Part shown: piece after piece, positions 1 to 9,622 of the stretch
Position numbering within the stretch: the stretch's first letter is position 1
Layout of the letters: each line of letters opens with the position of its first letter
Source: Diploschistes diacapsis
Lineage: Eukaryota
Reading direction: 5' to 3'
DNA length: 32,743 nucleotides
NCBI GenBank assembly: GCA_023645945.1
Contig: JALAIB010000097.1
Coordinates: forward strand, 1-32,743
Made by a program: the position numbers and the translations under genes
Notes under the pieces: model-generated
What the model saw: the letters and a program-made list of their open reading frames with translations, nothing else
Database searches by the model: none
What the model was told of the DNA's origin: nothing

Positions 1-449
1 ACCCAACCCCCACACCGATCGCACCATGGCGAATCCCCTCCATAAGATCCGCCGCGACGCCGTGCAACCCCATCCCACCCCACCGGCTCCTCGCTACCAT
101 CGAATACAGCTCCCTCCGCAAATCAGCGCGAATCGAATCCCACACCACACCCTTCTTCGTGACACCATCGACAGCTTCCTCGATATCCCGAACAAGCCTC
201 ACAAATCTGCGCACCACCACCTTATACGCGCCGCGCACCTCCCCCACATGCGACCGAGACGCCAAATATGCAACCTCCATCCGCGTGGCGTCGACAAAGC
301 GCACCAGCGCATCGGACAGCGCCGCGACCTTCCTGAACTGCCGCGGAGCCGACATGTTCGCGGATGATAACGACGACGACGACGACGACGATGGAGATTC
401 GTCACCGTGCGGGTTTGCGATGAGTCCGAGGCGCGCGCGGCGCGGGCGT
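1..449 (-). CDS. Hypothetical protein, partial (runs off the left edge; 5' structure uncertain)
   Basis: One minus-strand frame is stop-free from ~457 to the window edge (...PSSSSSSSLSSANMSAPRQFRKVAALSDALVRFVDATRMEVAYLASRSHVGEVRGAYKVVVRRFVRLVRDIEEAVDGVTKKGVVWDSIRADLRRELYSM...), GC-rich with amphipathic-helix-like sequence. There is an in-frame ATG at 355 and a possible GCTAAG/CACAG acceptor ending at 450. No recognisable family. Confidence 0.4.
371..391. repeat. (CGA)7 microsatellite (poly-Ser in the putative minus-strand CDS)
   Basis: Read directly from the sequence. Confidence 0.9.
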
Positions 450-732
450 CTGTGACCTTAGCGAAGGAAAATGTGGTCGTTGGCGCTGGAATGACGGTGA
501 AGGATGCCGTCAGCGGTTAGCTGGTCGAGGTGCGGGCCTGCGATGCGGGATAGGTAGGGGGTTCTGTAGACTGCTGTGGGGGGATGGAGCGGTGGGGCTC
601 GAGGGGGTGGAGCCTAGGATCGTGGGATTGCGAGTGGATACCGGGAGGGCTGTTCCCTTCTCGGTGGTCTGCTGGGAGGGCATCTCCTGCGGTTATGTGT
701 GATGCGGAGGCGATTGATTCGGTCGGCTTGGG

Positions 733-752
733 AGATAGATAGATAGATAGAT
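733..752. repeat. (AGAT)5 microsatellite
   Basis: agatagatagatagatagat, read directly. Confidence 0.9.
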
Positions 753-972
753 CGGGCAGGAGGGGGGGGGCGATTTGAGCCGAACCGAAGCCGGCGAAGG
801 ATTTGCAGATCAGAGATATTCGCGGCTACGAGCGGGTATGCTGGGGAGCAGGCCGATGAGAAAGGAAAGGCGTTGGACCGGCTGCGTGCGGCAAGAGGCA
901 AGTTTCTTCAGCGAAAAAAGGGGAAGCAGAAGGAAAGGTTGAACTTGTGTCAAAAACATGCAAGGTTGAAAC

Positions 973-1268
973 GGGGGGGGGGGGGGTAGAAACGGTGTGG
1001 AACAAGCAGGACACACAAAAAAAAAAGATGTTTTCAAGTTTTGCAATTTGAATAAACGAGACCAAACCAGGAGCGTGTGTGACTGCGGAGACAAGAACCT
1101 TGTTGCTAGCGAACTCAAACCCGCGCGTGCGTGCGTGCGTGCGCGTTGTCGGACAAAATATCCGGGTGAATAGGATATTGCCCTCGTTTCCTGTTTCCCA
1201 GGCGCGAACACTTCACACATGTGTTTTTTTTTTTTTTTTGCATGGTCATAATTTTGCAAAAAAAAAAA
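973..1268. repeat. Low-complexity intergenic tract: G14 (973-986), A10 (1017-1026), short (GCGT)n (~1125-1142), T16 (1224-1239), A11 (1258-1268)
   Basis: Read directly from the sequence. Confidence 0.85.
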
Positions 1269-1549
1269 TGACCGACATTATTGAATATGATTCTTGTTGT
1301 TTTGTGCTGTCTGCCAGGACGAGGAGTCGATGCTGTTGCTGTCCTCTGACTATCTTGCCTGACCATCTTGGCTGACCCAGCGACAACCATATACACGTGA
1401 CATAGACAGGGCTCGCTTACTGCACGCTAGCCTCTTCCGGACCTTGCTACACCTGAAAAACATCACGTGGCTCAGCACAGAGGCATTCTTCAACTCGACT
1501 ACTGTGCTTTGTAACATCATCTTGCTCCACCTATATACAATTAATATCC

Positions 1550-4500
1550 TTATCCACCCGGCGGCGCCTCGGAACCCAGCGCAGCTTCCTCTGCCGCGCG
1601 TCTCTCCAGCGCCGCCAACCGCTCTTTTGCCTCAGCATGCTGCTTTTCCAAATGAGGCTTGCGGCCGTTGCTCCTATAGTAGAGCATCACGTCGCCGCCG
1701 GTCTTCCAGACATGCGCGCGCAGGGTTGCGAGCGTCATGTTGTGTGGGACGGGCTGGTCGTGGCAGTACAGGTCGATGTATTCTTCTGGTTTGAGCGGGT
1801 CCTCCTCGTCTTGTCCTTTGGGGTCGATGCGGTCCGTCACGTACGTTACGATTTTCTTTGCGCGCAGCATTCGGTTGGCGTTGAGGCGGGCATTACTAAA
1901 CGAAAAAGTAAGCCGATGCAATGGCGTTGACCGCAGGTGCAAGGGAGTCCTACCCATCAGGACCGGCAATACTTGGGAGGAGACTTTGGTAGGGTTGTAG
2001 TACGAACGATACCTTGACAATGTCCTTCTCGGGGGTTTTGTTCTACAGTGCGTCAGCTGAGAGCATTAGGATGTGAAAAGCTGGTAGAGATTAGCAAGTG
2101 AAATGTAAAGACTCACGCGAAGAAGAAGCTCTCCGAGCCATGTCGGAGCGACTCCCTCAATCAGGTCAGCATCTAGTCCAGCACTGCCAACTGTTCCACG
2201 ATAAAGATCCGCCAAGCCTCCAGAATCTGGGGAATCCTCCTGTATGATGACAGACGTCAAAGGAGGTGGCTTGAGAACCGGTGTCTCGTTCGGCATACTG
2301 GTTTGGATGCAGGTGATCAGAGGATCTTCCGGGTAATGAGCAATGTTTGAATCGTATTCGATCCTCATCTTCTGTACCACACCATGAAAATTGTCATCGA
2401 TAGGCTTTTCGTCCTTCTCCGAAGACTTGTCTGAGCTCTCGTCCGACTTGTCCTCTACCAAAGGGGGCTTGGCAACTTCAACAGACGGGCGTCTGGTCAG
2501 CTTCCTGGGAAAGCCCAAACGAAGCTTCTTTCCGAATAATGAGGACTTGGTCTCCTTGTCAGTGTCATTTGGTGATTGCGTTGTCTCCGCTTTGCCCTCA
2601 CTGGAGTTATCTGCTGCTTTCTCTGCAGTTGGACCAGGAAGTTGAGGAGGCTTGGTTGAAAAGTAGTCTCCTGAGACGGCCTTTTCCTCACCTGCATTGG
2701 GCGTCCTATAGGCGTTCGCCGTACCATTGCTCATCACTTGAGCGAGGCCAGGGCTGGCAACTCCAATTGTAAGGCCTGGAGTCACAGCGGGCAAGCCATT
2801 CCTAGCGCGAGGGGTGCTTATCGATTCGCTGTCTTCATCACTCTTCTGCCAATTATCTATCTTACGGGGCGGTAGGGATCCCAAGTGCAGGCCACCCGAC
2901 CGTGGTTTTATGGGTGGATGCGATTCTTTCAGCTGTTTTCTGTATGCCTCGTCGCGACGTATTTCCTCGTCTATCAGAGATGCAAATAGATACCGTAACA
3001 CCCATTTCCCAAGATTAACTTGTTGCAGTTAGCAAGCATCAAATCGAAGGGAGAGCGCTGTTTCACATACTTCGTTGGTCGTCTCGAAACTCTATATTTT
3101 GTTGGATATCGGCTTCATCAGCATACATCTCGGCATCAAAACAATAGTTTTCCTCCAACGCCACCGCTAGCCTACCAGCTCGGGTGCTAACAGTGCACCA
3201 GTTCGCTATGCTTTCCATGGTGTCAACTTCAGGTCGCACGTCGTCGAGATGGCGTTTGCCGAATGATCTAATAGGTACACACTGTTTACAGGAGGTTAGC
3301 TGCGTGTCAGGAGCACTTTGTGGGGAACTTACTTTCAGAAGATCCCAGAGTATTACTTCTCCCGCAGTATCCAACGTTAGCACTCGCTTTCTATCATTAA
3401 GCAATTCGTGTTTAATAAGTCCGTTCTGACCCTCAATAGTAGCGTCAGGTAGGTTGTGAAAAGGTACTAGTTCATCCAGGTCTTCTTCGCTCGTTGAGAT
3501 TTCCGACTGTCTCCGTATACTGGTGCGCGAAACAGAGCCTTCGAAACCCCTATGCGTCATGGGCGTCACATTAGAGATTTTGAGGATGCAATTGAGTGGG
3601 ATCGCTTTATCGTCGTCCTTACTAAAGGGTACGTCCTTTCCGTCCATCGGTGGCACACTTGGACGTCTCACCAAACTCGAGATACGTTCCTCACGGGGAC
3701 TCTCGGCTGCCTCCACACCGGTGTTCGTGTCAACCTCGATCCAGCGATTTATACTCGAGCTCGAGGTAGCAGACCAAACAACTCCTTCGGACGCAATAAC
3801 CTTGCTTACCCCACCGTGCTCTTGGGCAATGGCCATTGACAGCCCTTCGTCCATGCCTGAGCTGCCGCGTACGTCGGTCTTGGCGACTAGACCCGAGCGG
3901 TCTCCCGAGTAGAAGATTGAAAGTTGAGGGTGATCCGAATAGAGACTCCAGACACTGTCGTTGTGCATGGTAAGCGTGGACATGCATCTTCCTGCAGCCA
4001 TCGACCAGACTTTGATGGTCTGATCCGACGACGCAGTCATGATTGTGTCTCCTTGTTCATTGATTAAGATATCGCGCACGACGTCCGTATGACCCACGAA
4101 CTTCGTGATGCGCTTTCCCGACTTCGGGTCCCAAAGCCTCAGGACGCTATCTGGCCCGCCACTTGCCATCACGGACCCGCGAACGCTCAAGGCATACACC
4201 GAGCCTTTGGCACTACACTCCGCTTCGCCCGTGTCGATTACCATTCTCTCCCCAGCTCCATTAAGATCCCATATCTTAATCTTGTTGTCCAAGCCACCAG
4301 AAGCTACCCAATCCGAATGGGCTTCTGGGGCAGCGAGGCACTTCACATAATCGCTGTGCTGCCCAATCGTTGTCGGAAACTGCCCATCGTTGGCCAGGGG
4401 TCTCCAAACTTTGACGGTGATATCGGATGAGGCGGAAACTAACGCAGTCTTGCTATGTGCGAGGATTATATCGTTGACCCAATGCGTATGAGCCTCGACC

Positions 4501-4878
4501 TGGCTTCTGAACCTGGGCGGTTGGGGCTTCGCTGCTGCACCCGACGTGAATTTCGCACTGGGAGAACGGGCGACATTCCAGGCGCAGAGGACTCCATCAC
4601 GACCGGCCGAGTAGCTATGTTGGGTTATTGCAAGTTCGAAGCAGATAATTGAGCGCACATACAGTATCGAATTGTCGCTGTCAAACGCTAGACTATTGAC
4701 ACCTAGGCGGTGACCTCCTGGAGAGTTTGCAAGGGGTAGTACTTTAACGGTCAGTGTCTTGTTGTCTTTGTGTCTTTGTGTCTTGCATGCAGCATGCCTA
4801 GTAGAAAGGTAAACGTGGGGAGTTCTTGGCGGGGGTCTCACCATAGCTAATGCGCTGACGGGCCTTTCTGCGGACCAT
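1550..4878 (-). CDS. WDR48: WD40-repeat deubiquitinase-activator protein of the WDR48/UAF1 family (S. pombe Bun107 / S. cerevisiae Duf1-like), ~981 aa, 7 exons
   Basis: Exons 4878-4842, 4741-4663, 4614-3333, 3281-3071, 3018-2117, 2042-1954, 1895-1550. All six introns are GT-AG and the exons join in frame (2946 nt). N-terminus [30 protein letters not shown]40 repeats ([37 protein letters not shown]); [13 protein letters not shown]-terminal [13 protein letters not shown]...[22 protein letters not shown] typical of WDR48. Confidence 0.93.
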
Positions 4879-5410
4879 GACAAAGTTTGGGGTGGCCTAT
4901 TGATCGCATTAGGATGGGAAAGGAGAGGGTATAAGCTGCATTTTCTTCCTTGGTAGCATGAGCTCTACAACAATCGAAAAATACTTGGAGTTTCGGGTGG
5001 TTCATGCACAAGCTAGATACTAGGTAGTATCGCGTCAAAAACCCCCGTGTGCCGCGTGCTTACCACGTGGCTTGACGAAAGGCCTCGTGGTGTGATATAA
5101 AGCGCCAGTTTAAGCCACATAGTAGCCAAAGGGACCAGCAATACTGCATTGTGCCAGTATTGATCTCAACTGATATATGTATATATTCGAGGCCACACTG
5201 GCTCCAACATAAACATTTGGGCCAGAATATGGTCATCAAAAAGGACTAAAGCAAGCGGAATAGAACTGGAACCACCATGACAACAATTCCTCCCGGCATC
5301 GTATTGCTAGCCATTGTCACATTGTTAGTGAAGACCCCCTTGATTCCAGGAAACATGTCTCCCCCGCGGTTCCTCCCCATAGTCATCTAGGGTATCTACT
5401 ACCCCAAGCT

Positions 5411-6238
5411 CTATCGAGTCTTCACTATGCCTCCTTCTTGCATCAATCCGTGAAAACACCTCTTCGATCTTCTCTTCAATGTAGGTGTAGCTCCGCCTTG
5501 CATCTGCTTATGCAGATTGAACCAGACCCGGCATGCTCGGATATAATCACCGAGCTTGTTCAGCGTCTTTCTTTGCTTGTGCAGGAGTACGCCTTCCAGG
5601 TTGATTGCCCGCGATAGTTCATATGCGTATTGCAGAGCTTCCTTTACGACTTGGGGCTTCGTGTTGCGATCTATACTAGCCAAGGTTCTGAGGAATCCAT
5701 CGGTCGTCGAAATGAACGAAGTATCCGAGTTAATCAAGCCTGAGGCTCTAACGCCTTTAAGCATTGCCGAGTGTCTTTCGTTCTGCTTTGTCAGGCCCAT
5801 GAAGTTATATCTTTCAGATTTAATGTCCTCCTTCGTAAGCTCAAATGCTTTACCGACAGCTCTGCATCTTCTAACGATCTTCTTCCAACAGTGTGTAAGT
5901 ACACGATCAATTATCCGATGAATAGAAGCTCCCGTCTCTGACATCCACACCATTTCTTCTAGAAATCTCTTCTTTTTCTCATCACCGCCTTGGTTGGCTG
6001 CCCATATGAATTCATGGTGGTCGGTATTATTATTCTCTTCTTTTAACGCTGAGTAAGTAACGGCGACCACATCACCCTGTGCTTCTGAGACTAATAACAA
6101 TGCCAGATCATCTAAGAACGTGACAATTGCTCTCTCATTGGGCATGCTAAGCTCATAACGCCGGCTAGTCTGTGCAGGTAGTGCGTGAAAGTCTAGCTCA
6201 CTAAGAGCCGAGATGTAACCTACGAGCTTTTGATCCAT
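5411..6238 (-). pseudogene. OTT_1508-like deaminase-family protein, N-terminal helical part only (deaminase domain absent; probable internal deletion and frameshift)
   Basis: 275-aa ORF with FLDDLALLLV..QGDVVAV, IWAAN, CWKKIVRR and LNKLGDYIRAC motifs, which I recognise from the N-terminal region of fungal OTT_1508-like proteins. It aligns by eye with 7141-8418. No HxE/CxxC follows; a tail-like segment (IEEKIEEVFSRIDARRRHSEDS...) continues in another frame to TAA at 5325. Confidence 0.55.
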
Positions 6239-7140
6239 CTTTGATCGTTATCTTTACCCATTACCTCGTTCCTCTAGATAACGGCTAAACAGTATGTTAA
6301 GATGGCTCACCAGCTGGTAGGAATACGGAGACTTGAAAAAGCAAGAAACATCGTAAGATTCAGAAGAGAGATATGTTGACAATGCGTGATTCTGAAGTGT
6401 CTAGATTAAGGGAAGAGGATATTACATATTGGTTCCAGTAGCAATCATGATTTTGTTTGCTTCGAAGCTTCTGACTACAATAGCAAAGAAGACACTCGAA
6501 GTTCTAGAATTTCGTGGTTGGATTCCACCAAAAGATGTGAGTATCTCGCAAACAACCTAGAATACTTCTTATGCAGATGGAAACATTCACTGGCCTACAA
6601 ACAACATCTTGAATGGAGCCGAAAAGCCAGGTAAAAGATTCCAAATCATCCTAACCGTATGAAAGCGGGTTGGCGCATATGAGTTCAGGTTTATCTGTTA
6701 GATTCAGGAGTACCCATCGTTAGGAGGAAAGAAAGATGGAGTCGATAGAAACGATGACAGATGTATTGAGAAAAGAACTACCGATATAGGATTAAACTAA
6801 AGAATAGGAAGAATTATACATAAATAAGCGGAACAAAGCTTTGTAAAGCACACCCATAAAGCGAGACGTTTTAACAGAATCAAAGGACGGGTAGTTGAAC
6901 AATTTGAATCAGGTTCGAGACCATTTAACACCCAAGTCAAGGCCATAATGCGTTATAAAATCAGCACGAAAGAAAATTTGCTCACAGTTCAAAATCGCTT
7001 TGGTGAGGGCTCGGCATACTGATATACATGGTTCCCAAAATCTGGTAGAACTGACCTCGTCATGGTACGTGAAATAACCTATACACTCGATGATTTAAAG
7101 CTTAACGCCTTGACTCCAATTTTCCGTTATATAGAGCTAT

Positions 7141-8418
7141 CTACCACCTCAAGGATAGTAGTGGTGGCTTTCCAACTTCTTCAAATAATCGATCTACGTT
7201 CTTTTGAACCATTTCCACCATGGTTTCTGTAACTGTAGCAGGCAGCCCTTGCGGTATTAACCAGTCATCCGGGTATTCGTCTCCGCACAAATATCTGTAA
7301 ACATCAATCCGGAAAGTTGAAGACACAGATCGGAACCAATCGCTGCACCACTGGCAGCAACCAATATCAGACACTCCAAGGTATATTTCCCTCAGAAAAG
7401 GTCGCTGGATCAGTGGCAGACAGACTGTTATTGATGGATGTTGAACGTGCAAGACATCAATTTCGCGGTTAGGAGTGAAACCCGGCAAGGCTGAAGGATA
7501 GTGCATAGCGATTTGCTCAAAAATTATACACTGCGTCCCGTTGAAAGAATTCTTCATGTCGGAGCAATATGTAAAAGCGTTTATCGTAGCCGAATTTAGT
7601 GTTATAAGCTGGCTATCAGGGGTATGAATCTAGAAATCGTTAGCTGAGCATCGGACAACACAGATCAAGGCTTCAAGACATACATTCTCGGCTTCGATTG
7701 TGATGCCTGAAGCTCTAAAAACCTTAAGTGCTTCATACAAACAGTTCACGGCCGGATAATATCTGCCGAGTTCCTTGAGAGCCAGTCGTATCCTGCAAGA
7801 GACAAACCTCTCGAGATCGACCTTAGTACTTAAAGTACCAGCTGTTAGTAGGATAGCGAGAATGACTTCATCACTATGGTCTTTCACTCCTGCTGCTGCT
7901 CTAATGAAGTCGTCCAGGAAGTCAACAACGGAGTCAACAACGGAGTCATCAAAGTCCAGTAAGCCGGAATGCACCAAAGCAGATTTGACATCTTGATTCA
8001 ATGTCTCATCCCAACACCACAGATTTGTCCTTTTATCTAGAGGCCCAAATCTTTCCACTAGCTCCAAAACAGAGCGAAGAATATTTGCCTTGCATAGAGG
8101 AATCAGTACTCGCATGAAGTCACTGACACAACATTGACAGGATCCTGCTGGCAGAGTGTAAAGTATCTTGTCAACCTAGGCAGTATCAGTTGAGGTGATT
8201 AGAGCATTTTTTGTCCAGAAGATCTTGAACGTTCGAGGGTGAGGCTGAAAGGCAGCTGCGGCAACTTTTTCTCCAGGCTTAAATGCTAGTATAAAAGCAA
8301 AGCTGGTGAGAAGTTCCACGTATTCGGCTTCTTTTTGACGGCCTGTTGACATTAGGCTAAAGTTGTGGCTTCCCAGCTGGCTCCAGCCGTACATATGGTT
8401 GTACAGTTGAGCCTCCAT
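7141..8418 (-). pseudogene. OTT_1508-like nucleic-acid/nucleotide deaminase-family gene with one in-frame premature stop (~407 codons, 2 exons)
   Basis: ORFs 8176-8418 and 7630-8115 are in the same frame, separated by TAG at 8178-8176 and 20 sense codons. Intron 7683-7630 (GTATGT...GCTAAC...TAG) joins in frame to 7629-7141. The C-terminal part has QHPSITV...YLGVSDIGCCQWC...CGDEYPDDWLIP, matching the HxE...xGxSK..CxxC...HG.xY..W..P layout in degenerate form. LKELGRYYPA motif upstream. Confidence 0.65.
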
Positions 8419-8981
8419 AGATTTTTAATTTGAATACGAGGCTCTTGAACGAAGCCTCCGTTTGAAAAGAGAAGACATGTTGATGTAGTAGATGACCAAG
8501 ACACTTCTAGCCTTGGTTTTCCTAGATATTGATTAGCGATGTAAGCTGCTAAGCCTCGTCGTGGAACCTCCTTTCTCTGCTGGTTATATCTGGATACTTA
8601 TATTGATTTACTTCGCGACTGGAAGTCGTACTTTGGATGAGTCATGGCTCTGGAAAACGAAAGGCTACAGATTAAAACCCATTAAATCGGCTATTCCATC
8701 TCCTATACAAATTGCATGACCTTTGTAGAACCTATCTGTTTGATAGAGCCCCTCGATCACAATAATATTACTATTATCCAAAATCGCTTTATCGTCCTGT
8801 TTATAATAAGTTCAATAACTTGGGGTGTTGAACCGTGTCATGACTTGACCCGTGTCAAGATATATGATTTTCACGCTTTATGGTATTTAACTAATTAAAA
8901 GATTTCGGTAATATATAATATAAAACACATGAACGTGCGATTCAAATATACAAAATACATTTATAGCATTTTGAAATCATA

Positions 8982-9174
8982 ACGTGTTTCACCAGGAAAC
9001 GGGTCATACATTATAATGTAATTGCGCTAGGTCGAGCGCTTCCATATTTGTACGAAGCTAAATCTGTTCTCAACTACACTACCCCGTTCTTCGGCCTTTA
9101 AAGAAATACATTTTACGAAGGTGCAGGGATTGTGACCCGCTTCGTGGTGTGACCCGTTTCCTGGTGAAACACGT
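8982..9174. mobile_element. 193-bp MITE of Tc1/mariner-pogo (Fot1/Pot2-like) type
   Basis: Perfect 25-bp TIRs ACGTGTTTCACCAGGAAACGGGTCA (8982-9006) and its reverse complement (9150-9174). TA on both sides (8980-8981, 9175-9176). ACGT termini. 17-bp direct repeat at the right end (9131-9147 / 9148-9164, 15/17). No coding capacity. Confidence 0.85.
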
Positions 9175-9207
9175 TAAAGATAGTATATTATTAATAACCT
9201 TAATTTT

Positions 9208-9278
9208 GGCGGCATCGTCGAATGGTGACGACGACTGCTGGCAGACCTTTTCACCGGGTTCGAGTCCCACTGCTACTA
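9208..9278 (+). pseudogene. tRNA-like sequence (degenerate tRNA / SINE head)
   Basis: 71-nt cloverleaf spacing: GGCGGCA-TC-GTCG-AATGGTGA-CGAC-G-ACTGC-TGGCAGA-CCTTT-TCA-CCGGG-TTCGAGT-CCCAC-TGCTACT-A. Perfect D stem and canonical B box GGTTCGAGTCC. The anticodon stem does not pair, so this is not a functional tRNA. Confidence 0.65.
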
Positions 9279-9622
9279 CCCCTACTATCCCGAATATTCT
9301 TTACCCCAGGCTTTACAACCTGGCCTAATACTAAGTGGCTTGACCCCGTTTTAAAACACGAGGCTCGGCATCCACGTTACGGACAAGATATTCGGTTGAA
9401 AGCTACGGACAAAATTCTACGGTCGCAAACAAAAGATGAGGGAATAGGTAGGAACAGCGCCGGTATGGGAAAATGTTGGGGGTGTGGCTTGGCTGTGTGG
9501 CTGTGTTTATCATTTGGGTTTTATGCTTGTGTGTGGCTGGTTTTCTTCCAAAGCCCAAGGAAGTTTTTGTGGCGAAATGATTGTGTATAAAGGTATTAAA
9601 ATAATCCAATAATAATAATAAT
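9208..9622 (+). mobile_element. Candidate tRNA-derived SINE (~415 bp): tRNA head, unrelated body, (AAT)5 tail
   Basis: tRNA-like head 9208-9278, a body more GC-rich than its AT-rich flanks, and a terminal (AAT)5 at 9608-9622. No convincing target-site duplication found. Confidence 0.5.

Noticed and set aside
810..1396. Several ORFs of 79-149 aa
   Set aside because: They cross homopolymer and microsatellite tracts (poly-K/F/P artefacts); intergenic.
3063..4883. ORF-track N-termini such as MSWSAERP (also MRLANAD for the kinase and MLDTGKQ for dynein)
   Set aside because: They begin at non-ATG codons, in UTR or intron sequence or mid-exon; spliced models with true ATGs at 4878, 15391 and 19190 give intact frames and, for WDR48, the expected N-terminus.
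6912..6922. B-box-like GGTTCGAGACC
   Set aside because: No A box or D stem at the right distance and no cloverleaf; likely chance.
9208..9278. Functional tRNA (GCA at the anticodon position would suggest Cys)
   Set aside because: Anticodon stem cannot pair (ACTGC/CCTTT), U33 is absent, and the T stem pairs only 3 of 5; treated as pseudo-tRNA / SINE head.
9222..9609. ORFs of 122 aa (+) and 68 aa (-)
   Set aside because: They lie inside the SINE-like element and show no transposase or reverse-transcriptase motifs.
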